63,928 nt of DNA, filler included, from Hyphochytrium catenoides (GCA_900088475.1; 10 parts of 10 records of this genome joined end to end with filler, not necessarily neighbours in it); one strand, 5' to 3'; positions 22,464 to 34,814 are shown, counted from the whole stretch's first letter. The notes: generated by a model not told the origin, from the sequence alone. Translations and numbers: made by a program.

Positions 22464-24670
22464 ATGAGTGACAGTGACAGTGGAAGGAAGGTGCTGCTGC
22501 CTATGACCACCAGGGCATCTCATGACCCCCAAGAAGGGTACAAGAATGGAAGCTTGATCTGGGAAATTCTGCCGCTATGGGACACTTTGGAAGACCAGCA
22601 GCAAGATCAGATGACCATAGACTTCGGCCGCTCTGTTTGTGCTCTCATCTTCGGCCAGCAAACCCATCGAAGCTTCTTGCACGCGCTTAGGCGCCATAGA
22701 AGCCTAGTTAGACTTTCCTCCGTTGCGTTCTTCGCAGCTCAGGTGGCTGCCTCAGCGGCTTTAGTCGTTGGGCAGTCTACGGGAGAGACACTGGCCATCT
22801 TCTCTGTTGTTGGTGCAGTTCCGGCAATCCTGCAGATAGTTCTGGGTCTGAATGTGACACTTCTGCGCAAAGTAGCAGGAAATCCTCAGCTCTGGCTCAT
22901 TATCATCCTCCCCATTGCTCTCTGGGCCACAGTTGGTGTCATGGTGGGCGGTACTCGCGGCACATTCATCTCAATATCTGGGTGCTTGATCTCAATAAGC
23001 TCTGTTCCAGTGAATGATAGCTACCATTATCGGTTTAGGTTTGTTGGCCTTCTCTTCTGGGGATAGTTCCTCGCCTCCGTCAACTTTGCCATGCTGGGCG
23101 TCAGCATGGTTTTGAAGCTCTTCAATGGCGGCAGGACAATACGATGGGCTCTGGGTTCCAGAGAACTGACCGGGGAAGATATCGTCTTGAACTGTGCAGC
23201 CACAGCCATTATCTGCACTCTGCCTCCGCTCATACCCGGCTTTCGGACTCTATGGCGGCGGTTCGTTACAAGAAGCAGATTACGAGGCACAACGCTTGCA
23301 GCTGCAGCTGCGGCAGTGATGCCGCAGGAAAAGGCAGCATGCTCGGAGCGCAGCAGAAGGGCGAAGATGATCCTTTGCTCAACCATCAATTGGCCTCTTG
23401 TACTCTTACCGAGGGACGGGGAAGAACAGGCACCTCCAATAGATAATACAAGGATAGAAGGAGCAAGTCCTCTCACTTATCGTGGAGAGCTAGCACCGTT
23501 GATAGTACAGGTGCCCAGGAACATGCCCACCCTACTGGCACAGGACACTGTCTTCTTACTTCTGAAACGTGTGCTTCAGCAAGTAAAGCCATGCATCTTC
23601 AGTTTTGTCAACCATAAAGAGCAAAAGAGACTATTATCAAGCCATGAGCCTACTAAAGGCAAAAAGGAAGGCGAGGAGATCATTCGTCCAGTTCGAAGGT
23701 AGGAGGCCAGAGGCTTACGCCGGGACGACCTGTGGAGAGGCTCATGGTACATGTTGGACTATTTATGGGAGTGGTGCTGATCTTTGTAGCCAACCATGTT
23801 ACCCTGGCTCGAAGGGAAGCATCATCTTTGGGTCAGGCCTCAGACTCCTACCGCATTCCATCTCTTCTGCTTTCTATGGTTACCACGGTGTGGTGTCTAG
23901 CATCTGTTCTTTACCTGTCATCTCTATGGAACTGTCAACTCGTCCAGCTCCTGTTGAAGAGGTCTTTCGACCTATGGCCTCTGCTTTGTCAAGCAGCTAC
24001 ACTTCTTGTCGCACTTTGTGATGCCTTCGAGTACGACGAACGTTGTCTTCACCTGATTTCCTGGAGCCTTTTGTACGCAGCGTCTCTCTTTAGTGATGCC
24101 ATCCTTCCGTCTGTTGGTCAACAGGGGAGCGGACCATGGATAGTAGTTTCCAAGCAGGCTCTCGGAGGAGGAGCAGTTCTTCTTCCGCTCTTGGCCTTCC
24201 AATCCTGGTTTCTGTATGGACTCTTCTTCAAACAAGATGCCTTATACCTAAGACCAAGGACAATCCTGCGGATTACCAAGTATCTAGAAGATGATGGAGG
24301 GGTGCATAGGGAAGCCTCAGCTCAAGTGTCCAGCAGTAACCTTGATCTCAGCACTGACAGCTTCATAGTAGGACGACTGACTTCCATTATAGTCTTTTCT
24401 CTTCCTCTTCTGTACCATCTGCTTTTCTCGTCTTCTTCTCTCCTTGGTTCTTCTGGGTGTCATTGATCACAGCTTAAGAACGGCCCCAGCAACGTCGTTG
24501 GGAGTCTGCCTGAAGGTCGATTGCTCTTCTTCCTTACAGGCTCTGTGGCTTACGAAATCCCTACACGGAAGACCAAAATGAAGATCATCGTCGGAGAAGA
24601 GGCAACCAAACAGCAGAGAAGAGACAATGTACACGCGACGCATCAAGTGGTGCGTGATACTTTGGATTGA
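22464..24670 (+). pseudogene. Multi-pass membrane protein family, copy 3 (inverted; two nonsense codons plus one frameshift)
   Basis: TAG at 23064-23066 replaces the Tyr of FWxY; frameshift between ~23657 and 23700; TGA at 24464-24466 is followed in frame by the conserved LLFFLTGSVAYEIP; final stop at 24668-24670. Confidence 0.88.
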
Positions 24671-25031
24671 GGACAAGGCTGCTGGCATTTAGTAATGTCT
24701 ATGATGACAAATTGTAGGAGGAAAACAGCAGTCCCGAACAAGCGGCCACCCGTCGCCTGCTGTGGCAGCAGAGGCAAGCTTTATTAGCAGCACACTATTG
24801 AACTCCTTCCTTCTAAGCCTCCGCGAATGGTTCATTGATCGTCGCTGTTTGAAGCCACGGACAAGAAGCCACCTGCCAGCGCTTCCTCCTCCGCAGTCAA
24901 GGAAGAAAAGGTTCCCTTCTCAGTCCCTCTTACCCTAATAGGCGTCGTTCATCGCAATGTGAAACAGCTTTAGCAGTCCCAGCAAAGAACAAGAAAAAAA
25001 CGGAATCTGTCCACCGTTGCTTTGCTTGATT

Positions 25032-27653
25032 TTACTCAGAACCTTGCATAAGAAGTGGTTGGGCAGGCACATCGTAGCATGTGGCCCCAGTAAGGAAGTA
25101 TAATGGTCTGTCTCCTCCCCCTCCTTGGCCCAGCCTTTGCTGCGCTGTCGATGACAATAAGGCAGAGGTGGGCGGAGCACGGAAGACAGAAGAGCAGGCA
25201 ACGACCAGATGATATAGAAGAGGAAGAGAGAAAAGGATGATTGTGGTCTGCCTGGCAACGATGAAGCTATCTGTGCTGATGTCTAGGATCGTGATAGCAG
25301 GCTCATATTTTGGATCTTCGTCTCCTTCTAACTTGCCGACCACCACCCCATCTTCCAAGTACTTGGTAATCTGCATCACTGTCCGGACTCTCATATGCAG
25401 ACCACTGTCCATGAAAACCAGGACGTAGAGTAACCAGGATAGCGTAGCAAGAAGAGGAACAAGCATCGCCAGCCCAATAAACTGCTTTGTGATGATGGTA
25501 GTAGCCGGCTTCCCTCCCTTCTCTCCTCCCGGTAATGCAGGCAGAACAGCATCACTGAAGAGACAAGCATCATACAGAAGGGTCCATGACAAAAGGACCA
25601 GGCAGCGCTCATCGTACTCAAACGCGTCGCACAGCGCGATAAACAGGGCCCAGGTCTGAAGCCAGAGAAACCAAAAGTCAAAGGAAGTGCACATTAAGAG
25701 CCGCAACAGGTGCAAGTTCCAGCTCTTGGCCAGAAGGAGAAGGGACATGAGGCTCCACAGTAGCGTTCCTGTGGCTACTATCGGAGAGAGCCAGGAAAGA
25801 AGAGAAGAGTTTGGTGAGCCTCTCCTCCGATTTCCTAGGTACAACCCTAAGGGGATCATGCAGGCCACCCCGCAAAAGAGAAAAGTGCGCAGCACCAGAA
25901 GACGCCACTCTGGTCTCCCGTACTCGTCTCTCTGCCGGTCGGCCGTTGGACCTGTTGCTTCCCCTTGGCCTGGCTCCTTGATATAACTCGATCTCTCTTC
26001 TTCCTCTTCTGTGAAGGAGAAGTGTTCTTCCTTCTCTCTCCTGTTGTTCTCGTGCGCTTGGATCTTTATTGGTCTTCCTCCTGGGTACGACCTACCCTTG
26101 ACTGCTCTTGTCCTCGCATTTGCATCATCTTCTTTTCTTTTTTGTCTTGTCGCGCTGGAGAGTTTCGTCCAAGCGGCGACCACTCTAGTAAAGCATGAGT
26201 AATAGAGGTTGTCGTCCGCGTGTAACTGCATACGTTGAGGATAGGAGAGAGCGAGGGGAATGATAGGGAAGCGCAACCCATCGACCCTCTGCTGTGCACT
26301 CCCTAACACTGTGGACACGACAGAGGCGATGTTACAGGACACGGGGCTCTTATTATTAGAAGCAGCGGAGCCACCAATTGAAGAAGAAGTGACTGAGTCC
26401 GGAAGGGAGGGAGGCTCTGGGACAGCTTGAGAAGCAGATGGCGCTGTTGGTGGCGGAGAAGAAGAAGAAGCACCCTTCTTTAGCTTTTGCTCCTGACAGC
26501 AGGCTCGCCTTCGTCGTGTAAGCTCTAACACCAGGGGCCACTGGATACTAGGACATTCATACCTCCGCATGGTTATAGCGCTATGGTCCGTACTAGCACC
26601 GGCACATCTCTTCTTCTCGTCTCCTCCTCCCCCCCCTATCGCCTCTATAGTCAGAGCTCTACGTTTTGGAAGCTGCTTTTTCCTATGTCGTTCTTCCACT
26701 TGCCTCCAAATGGTCCTTGAGTAAGATGAGAGGCTGGGAAAGAGGAATAGCACAAGGGTAGCAGCACAGTTGACCACAAAATCCTCACCCGTCAGCTGCC
26801 GGGAGCCAATAGTCCATCGTAACACCGTCCCACCCCGGAAGACCTTAAGCACCATGCTGGCCGCGAGCAAGGAGTAGAGTATTACCGCGAAGAAATACGC
26901 CCAAAAAGAGCTTGAGGGACGTCGGAAGCGGTAGTGATTACAGTCTCTTACCGGGCCGCCAGTCAAAGCCTGCAGCACTCCCGTGGAAGAAAGGAGTATG
27001 CCTCGAACGCCGCCCAGCATCACAGCGACAATAACCCAGAGTATAAGCAACACACAGTGAAGTGCCCAGAACTGGGCTGAGATTGCCGCCTTCCTCAATA
27101 AAGAGGGATTAATGCTCAGGATTAGCTGTCCCAGGCCCGGAAGAACTCCAAAAGCCGCACAGACGGATAAGTAGGCTCCAGGAGCCTCCCCGACCACCAG
27201 CGCAGCTGCTAGAGAGCCGATGGCGAGGTTGTAGGACACAACAGTCACAAGCACGATCTTTCTGTGCTTCTTAAGCAGTCTAAAGTACGCTGTATGCCCT
27301 CTAGGGCCGAAGAGGCGTGCACATATTGAGTCATTGAAGTCCACCAGCAGTGATCCCAGGCGTTCTTCTTCCTCCGTTTCCCATAGAGGGACTATCGTCC
27401 AGCAATATTCATCCGTCTCATGTCTCTCTAGCTTTTGAGTCGACTCCTCTCTTCCCGATCCTCCCATCTCCTCTCCCTTCAGCCCTACCCTTTCAGGTTT
27501 TTCGCGCAATGCGTTCGGGCTTGTTGAGGACAGCACCACAGGCTTATTTAGAAGGCTAGCAGATGTAATATGAGCCATGGTAAGCCGTGCTACGGAGAAT
27601 GTGTGCTCCCTTACTATCCGTAAAGCCTGATGCGGTGTTGCCGCAGACCCCAA
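25032..27653 (-). CDS. Multi-pass membrane protein family, copy 4 (intact, intronless, up to 873 aa)
   Basis: Same motif series as copies 1-3 (VDFNDSIC, RQLTGED, CPSIQWPL, SFDFWFL, CDAFEYDERCL, TDSFIVARQ, LYFLTGATCYDVP). The true start is probably a downstream ATG. Confidence 0.9.
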   Translation of the reverse strand: MGSAATPHQALRIVREHTFSVARLTMAHITSASLLNKPVVLSSTSPNALREKPERVGLKGEEMGGSGREESTQKLERHETDEYCWTIVPLWETEEEERLGSLLVDFNDSICARLFGPRGHTAYFRLLKKHRKIVLVTVVSYNLAIGSLAAALVVGEAPGAYLSVCAAFGVLPGLGQLILSINPSLLRKAAISAQFWALHCVLLILWVIVAVMLGGVRGILLSSTGVLQALTGGPVRDCNHYRFRRPSSSFWAYFFAVILYSLLAASMVLKVFRGGTVLRWTIGSRQLTGEDFVVNCAATLVLFLFPSLSSYSRTIWRQVEERHRKKQLPKRRALTIEAIGGGGGDEKKRCAGASTDHSAITMRRYECPSIQWPLVLELTRRRRACCQEQKLKKGASSSSPPPTAPSASQAVPEPPSLPDSVTSSSIGGSAASNNKSPVSCNIASVVSTVLGSAQQRVDGLRFPIIPLALSYPQRMQLHADDNLYYSCFTRVVAAWTKLSSATRQKRKEDDANARTRAVKGRSYPGGRPIKIQAHENNRREKEEHFSFTEEEEERSSYIKEPGQGEATGPTADRQRDEYGRPEWRLLVLRTFLFCGVACMIPLGLYLGNRRRGSPNSSLLSWLSPIVATGTLLWSLMSLLLLAKSWNLHLLRLLMCTSFDFWFLWLQTWALFIALCDAFEYDERCLVLLSWTLLYDACLFSDAVLPALPGGEKGGKPATTIITKQFIGLAMLVPLLATLSWLLYVLVFMDSGLHMRVRTVMQITKYLEDGVVVGKLEGDEDPKYEPAITILDISTDSFIVARQTTIILFSLPLLYHLVVACSSVFRAPPTSALLSSTAQQRLGQGGGGDRPLYFLTGATCYDVPAQPLLMQGSE

Positions 27654-28887
27654 GCTTCTGTCATTATGAAGGAAGGACTTGTCCGCCTCTTCTTCGTGTT
27701 GCTCTACCCTGCTTCTGTTTTTGCACTAGGGATCAAGCTGCTAGCAGCAGGTAGGGGCCAAAGCTCTGCCAAAGCGACTACTATTACTGCTACAATTTAT
27801 GATAATCTCAGGGAGCACCTCCAAAATGATGAGGCTTTCGGAGGAGGCAATGGGCTGTTGAGGTCGAGCCGGGCTTCGTTAATCCGTGCTGTTTATGATT
27901 CTACTGGTCTTGTCTGGGGTTCCTATTCATCATCTTGCCCAAGACCGGTGTCTTATTATAGTCATCAGGGCCTGGGGGATAGTAACCTTCAACCCCATCT
28001 CTTGCTACAGCCGCACGACTGGAGGTCTCCTATCCTATTCCTCTGACATCCATCTCCGCGTCATCATCAACAGACAGAGGGCACGGGCCTGCTGCCTCCT
28101 TTATGTTACATAGGCTGCGCTGCGTCTTGTGTACCAGTCGCGTCTCTCAGGTTCAGGACCCGGTAAGAAGCGTTAGTCGTTCTTAGGAAGTTGCTCCCAG
28201 GCGGTCACAGCGCTAATGAGTGACCACAGGTGGTGGTGCAGGCGCAAGTGCACTGAATGTAACGGACGAGGAGAGGGGGAGAGGGATTATAAGAGATCTA
28301 AGAGTCATGATAACCGTTGCCTGAATCAAATACTAGTTATGTCTTAAACTGAATTCCCAGTTATCACCGAGGCCGCTGTAGCTGTCTCGATGTCTCCTTC
28401 AAAATCTCTCCCGAGCACTTTGAAGTTCCCTCATCCACGCACATCATCGGCACATCATAGAAGATCTTGATCGTGGCCTTCCCCTTCGGCGGTGTCCAGC
28501 CCCGCCCGTGGCAGTCACTCCTTGCGCTCCCGGGTCCGAGGAAGAGCACAAACAAGCAGAGGGGAGCGGCTGTCACACGTGGAAGAAGGAGTCTTCATTG
28601 CTGTCCAACCAGAGGCAGTTATTGGGGTGACAAAGGCATCGCTCTTAGTAGCCCGAGTGCTCTGACAACTGCACTGGGCAAGCTCACAGAAGCGTGAGCG
28701 GCTTGGTGGTGCGAACGAGCGAGCGTTATAGGTGGACTGACACTTCTGCAAGTTTATAGCTCGACCGAAGGCATCAAAGAAGCTGCCTCAATCTCATGCA
28801 GTTCGCTTGCGTCTCCTTAGACTCCATACATCATTAGCATCGTCAGGCCCAGTTGAGCGAGGGAAAATCCCTTCAGGATCGACAGAT

Positions 28888-31800
28888 ATGGACAGAAGGC
28901 AGGCCCGAAGTACCGCTCCGCGATATGCGGGAGCGTTTCGATCGCCTGCTGCCTCGTCGTCCACTGGCTTCTCCCGAAGCTCTATTCTTTTGCTCATCGG
29001 CGCGCTAAACCTATTTGGATTCCTCCTACTGGTCAGAACAACGCAGCTCGTGCTCTCTTTGCCCTACCTTCCTTTATTTCAGGACTACGTCGTATTATGT
29101 GTGATGCTTCTCAAACGCACGAACTCCAAATTGCCGCCTTACCCTCCCTCTTTCCTACTTTTCACCTTTCCTCTAGCTGAGCTCCACCAAGCCTCTCTTA
29201 CTGGTCCTTAGATCTAGAGCCTTATCGGTCCTCCAATCTCACTTTGACTGTTAGAGCTCGTACAAGATGGGGTCGAAGCACGATTCAACGTCGTTTTTTC
29301 GAGGGTCCGACCTTACCAGCACCAGCGGGGTACTCACAGATGCTGAGAAGAAGAGCAATATCAGGGTTCAGACACGTTCACCTAAGTCAGCAGCGTCTCC
29401 CAGGTCCACCTCACCATCTAGCACAATCCCTCCGGCTTCTTCTCCTGGTGCTGCGCCTTTGAATGCCAAACAGCTGAGTGTGCGAGAAGCTATGCGCTGG
29501 GCGTGGAACGAGGGCTATGCAAAATATGCCTGGGGAGAGGATATCTTTCTTCCTCTTTCCAAGCAGGGCGGGCGATGGAACGGTTATAACATTGGCTTGA
29601 GTATCTTGGACTCTCTCGATACCCTCTTCTTGCTTGGAATGCAAGAAGAATATCAAAGAGCTCGCGATTGGTGTAAGAACCAACTATCGTTTGAGGTGGA
29701 TGTCTACGTAAACCTCTTTGAGACATCTATAAGGGCACTCGGCGGGCTACTCAGTATATATGCCCTCACCGGTGGGACGCAGCTTCTTATCTTCTTTCTC
29801 TTATACCTTCTTCCCCCTCTCACTCCTCGACCTTTCTTTTTCGCTACAAAGCCTCACTCCATTCTAACGCTCACGTGAGCTATTCACTCCTCCTAATCTG
29901 CTCGTCTGTCTTTGAACAGGTGAAAAAGTCTTTCTTGACCGCGCTGATGACTTGGGCGAACGACTAACGAAAGCGTTCACTTCTTCTAGTCTCATTCCAT
30001 ACTCTGACGTGAATTTGAAGGTAAGATGATGGTGAGAGAGGCCATTCCATGCTTTGTTGAAGCGGAGACGACTTCTACTGGTGTGGGGTGTCTTTCCTAC
30101 AAACTCATTGAAGCACTACTCTATATGCCTCTAGCGGGTCCCCACTTTTGCTAGCTCTTTGTCGAACTCGGCTAGCTCACGAGTACGCTACACATGTCCT
30201 GATTATGTTGTCCCAGACCGGAGAAGCCAAGTCTCCGGATTTTTCTGCGTACAGCTCTACGTCTGAGGTTTCGACCATCCAGCTAGAGTTTCAGTACTTG
30301 AGTAGACTGACGGGGAAGGATAAATACAGGCAGCTTGTGGACAAGACGTCAGATGCGGTAAGCAGCACCAAGCCAACCTTTCTTGACTCCATTTCCACCC
30401 TCCCACGGTACCTGCTAGGTCTTTCAAGTGGGTTGTTGCCTTCCTGAAAAGCTTTCCTCTAACCTGGAAGCAGCATTCAGCTCATCCGTCAGTCAGCTCA
30501 GTATTCTACACGGGCTCTGGGCCACGTTAGCTGCCTCTCTGTTATTCAAACTAGAGGGTCTCTTGTATCTAGTCTTAAGGTTCTTATGGACTTGTTGCAT
30601 ATAGCTAGCAGCCCTCCCCAAGACTGATGGACTGGTCCCTGTACTAATCAGCCCCGAAAGTGGGAAGTAAGTGTCTAGAACCGGAATTGGGAATGCTTAG
30701 ACTATTTGACAATAGCGAGGCGGAGATAGTCTGTAAAGCTAGCTAGGTAGTGGTCGACTTATGAGCAGCTTTGTAAAACCGAGATGTGAGCCTAGGGCAC
30801 CTAACCGTCTTAGCTGACCCTTTCCTTTCTTCTCAGGTTTGATACGTCTAGTATGATCACCCTAGGAGCGAGAGGTGACAGCTATTATGAATATCTTCTA
30901 AAGCAGGTACGAAAACCTCTCTCGCTTATGACTCCTGTCCCTGTCACTGCTCTGCCTTTCTCTGTTTTATTGCCAAGTGTGTCTCTGTTGCAGTTTAGCC
31001 TTTACTCGTTCTGCACTAATGTTCACTTGATAACGTGTGACAGTGGCTTCTTGGCGGCAAGCGGGAGGATAAACACAAAGAACGCTATTTGGATGCCATG
31101 AAAGGTCGGTCTTAGTCCTGTCCTTCTCTAACCCAAGATTGTTGATGGAACAATAGTTGTAGCGCTGGTAAATCCCCTTTATTTGCCCATCGCGACCTCC
31201 TCTTCAGACATCTCTCTTACTTGTTAGATACTAACTTCCTTCCCAACGATGTTTCTCTACCGCAAGGACTCATTCTATGCCGTCCTTCTTTTCCCATCAC
31301 ATTGTGGGGTTTGTCTAGTGCTAGTGCCGCATGATCTCCCTACCGCCAACACATGCAACCTTCTTGTTCTAAAGTGCGATTTGCCACTTGCTCTCTCGAC
31401 CACTTTGCAGGGGTTATGAACCGGCTCCTGAAAAAGAGCAAAGGCTCTCGTGCGCTTGTGTACATCGCGGAGCTCTCTCCTAAAGGAGAGGTGAGGAACA
31501 AGATGGATCATCTGGTATGCTTCATGCCCGGGCTACTGGCTCTCGGACACTATCATGGGCTTAAGGAACATGGCCACCTGGAGGCAGCTCGGGAACTCAT
31601 GTACACCTGTTACCAGGTGATTAGTATAGTCTTACCCTTCTTTCCCTCAATGTCCTACATTTACGACTCGCCTTCGCTTTGTTTTGTCAGTCTAAGCTTG
31701 TTCTCTCTTTTGTTTCTTTCTTGTGTTTGCTTAGCCTGCTGCTAGACTCGTACTCACCTTGTCTGTGCTCATGCTTCCTGCATAGATGTACAAGGCAACT

Positions 31801-32352
31801 CCTTCGGGTCTAGCCCCTGAGATAGTCTACTTTGATGAAGGAGGGAAGGATATGTCCATCCATCCCTATGATGCCTTCAATTTGGGCCGGCCAGAAACCA
31901 TAGAGAGTCTATTTATTATGTACAGAGTTACGGGTAAGGGACATCCTTTCACTGAAGCTCTTTCACTGTAGCTCTCTGCAAGTACTGGTTCTTCCCCTGT
32001 TGTTGGAGCTCATCGTTATCTCGTGCCTGGCTGGCTTTGTTGACCTGTTTCCTTGCACTGACGTCTGCAACTTGCTCCAGGTGATAACAAGTATCGAGAT
32101 TGGGGCTGGGAGATCTTCGAATCTTTTGAGAAATATGCGAGAGTTAAAAGCGGAGGCTACTGTGCTTTGAACAACCTGCTGGAGAAAGAGCCACAGTGTA
32201 GGGACACTATGGAAAGCTTCTTTCTTGCTGAGACGCTGAAGTACTTCTTCCTACTATTTTCTGATGATCCCACTCTTATTCCTTTGGATCAGTTTGTTCT
32301 CAACACTGAGGCACATCCGCTTCCTATAAGTGCTAAACGTGGCGCTGTATAA
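28888..32352 (+). CDS. Glycoside hydrolase family 47 alpha-1,2-mannosidase (MAN1B1/MNS-like type II membrane protein), multi-exon
   Basis: N-terminal TM, then [97 protein letters not shown]; GT-AG introns. Confidence 0.96.
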
Positions 32353-32726
32353 CGAACCATAAAGGAAATCAAATTATCTTGCCACCGTTTCTCTCCCTGT
32401 ATGTAGATCCCGCTTTCCTGCTGCCCTATGCCTATTTTTATGGAAAGATAAGGAAGTAGGCCACTTGGCCTTTCCCTAGCTGTTTCGCCGTTTCTATAGA
32501 CTTTCTCGTTCAGAAGGAGGCTGTTAGTAAGGAGTAATGATAAAGCACATGGGTATAGGGTCTCTCTAACATCTTAGGAACTCCAATTCTCTGTGGTTTC
32601 CGCACTAGTGTCACGGCCATTACTATGCTGCCTGAGAAGGACTAGGGCTTCAGTGAAGATCTTATATCAGTGGGAGGACCCGCGAGGGAAGAAGCAAGCG
32701 GGACTTCTGTCAGCTCAGATGTCAGG

Positions 32727-34192
32727 CTAATGGGCAGATTGCCGCTCTACGATCTTCTGGAAAATGTTGACGAATGTGTCAGGTTCTTGCGCTCCGGAGA
32801 TGGTCACCCTGTCGTCGATGATAACTGTAGACAACAAAATGGCATGTCAACGGACAGGGACTACTTAGATAGTCAAAAGCAAAAGCAAGGTCATCAGAGA
32901 ATGGATGAGGGCTCCCGATATACATAACGAGACAAAGCTCTTGATCAACGGAGGACGAACGAGGGAAACGAAATTAGGTGCTGTCAGATAGGAATCCTTA
33001 ACCAAAGCTAAAGAAAGAGGGAAGAGGGCGTGCAACAGCTAGGTAGCAGAGACTTACAGAATGGAACCCCAGTGATTCCCCACTTCTTTCTCCAGGTGTT
33101 TATCTCTTGGCGCACCTCCGCTTCTCCCTCTCCATTTCGTAGCATCTCCTCCGCTCCAGTCACTCCGACACCGTTGGCTGCTTCGGCAAGGACTGCAGCA
33201 TCTGAAATGTTTTTGCTCTCGGTAAAGTAGCTCTTGAAGAGAGTTTCCAACATTTGACCCTCCTTACCCTTTCGACAGGAGCAGTTAGCGGAGAGTGGGG
33301 CGAGTGAGACTCGACAGAGACAGAATCCAGGAGGAGGAGAATCAACATCAAGCATGCAAAAGCCTTTACTAGAAAGATAGACCATTGGACCGCTTCTGCC
33401 ATAGAATTACCTAGAATAGGCATCTAAGAATGATGGAAGCAAAGAGAGACGCAAAGAGCAGACAGTAGGATGGAGACTCCAACACGAAGAGGTTGTGGGT
33501 CAGAGGGTACCTGCTTTCCTGCTAGAGCAACTAGACGGTGGCTGTCTAGGGTGTTGCCCACTTTGCCCTCGTACTTCATATCGATCCCTTCTCTTTTTGC
33601 CACTTCCACCATGTAAGGGATCATCTTTTCCACTCTGTCAGCTCCGAACTTCTCTCTGTATCTTTGCTTCTTGTCTACACCTTCGCGAGGGAGTGTCGGA
33701 TCCAGCTCGTACGGCCACCACTTGATGTTGAAGGTCAAACCCTCGTATTCTTCCTTCATCAGGTCAATGGCGGTCTCCAACCGTCTCTTGCCAATGTAGC
33801 ACCTGAAGAACGGTGGATACAGCATTTTACTAAGTCTGCCCAGGAGCCTGCGGGCCAAAGATGAATAGTGGAAGAAGCAGAAAGTGCAGCGGAGAGCTGG
33901 AGAAGGGCCGTGCAGAAAAGAACACGACAATCAAGAACTGAAAAGTGAGGAAAAAGAAAGAGGTGAGGCAGGAGATAGAAGCGAAACTGTGGAGACAGAG
34001 CGGTACCATCATCAGAGGAGCATAAAAACAAGATAGACAGGCACCACGAAGACATCATAAGGCAGGTTCAGCGCTTCTCCGCGGAATGGAGAACCGTGGT
34101 CCGTTGATCTCCGTGATATCTGTCACTAGGCCTTACCAAGGGCAGATTGTGTCACTGACGATGTCGATCTTGATGGGGCGGAGAGCAGGCAT
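32727..34192 (-). CDS. DsbA-family (FrnE-like) thioredoxin-fold oxidoreductase, 4 exons
   Basis: Spliced product MPALRPIKIDIVSDTICPW|CYIGKRRL...PYELDP...NTLDSHRL...GITGVPF|FIIDDRVTISGAQEPDTF; the CPWC active site is split by an intron; cis-Pro GVP motif. Confidence 0.93.
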
Positions 34193-34471
34193 CTTGGGCC
34201 AAGCTTCTTGGTCTTGCTCTATGGTAAAGTCGCGCTGTAGCTTAGCGTATAGACTTTATCGTGTCTCTACTCTTTCCGTCTCTCTCGATCAACACTTCGA
34301 AGTGCGGAAGGGTAACTGGAGCTGTGAGGATCTGTAGGCGTGCCGATAGGTCGGTAAATGAGATCTGAAAAGACAGAAACATAGCTGGTATCGCTGGAGG
34401 AACATGATAGAAGATGAGTTCTATGTCTCTTGAGAGAGAGAGAGAGAAAGATAGAGAGCAGGGAGAGAGAG

Positions 34472-34506
<35 letters not shown>

Positions 34507-34814
34507 NNNNNNNNNNNNNNNNNNNNNNNNNNNNNNNNNNNNNNNNNNNNTTAATTAATTAANNNNNNNNNNNNNNNNNNNNNNNNNNNNNNNNNNNNNN
34601 NNNNNNTCTCTCTCTCTCTCTCTGCGTCACCATGTTTGCTCCTTTCTCTCTCTTCCTCTCTCCATCTCCTTATATTTATACATATGTCGATCGCTTCGCA
34701 TCGGGATAAAAATAAAAGAGAGTCCTTTCTCTCCCTCTTCCTCTTCTCTCTGCGTCTTTTCTCCTTTCTCTCCCCATACTTCACTGTCTCTCGATCTCTC
34801 TTTTATCCCGTTCT

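Noticed and set aside
16258-24466. Genome-wide stop-codon reassignment (TGA=Cys, TAG=Tyr) suggested by stops at conserved Cys/Tyr positions
   Set aside because: Conserved genes end at the expected places with TAG (FAM50, DsbA), TGA (PRMT4) and TAA (GH47) and show no internal stops. Copy 3 also has a frameshift, so decay explains its stops.
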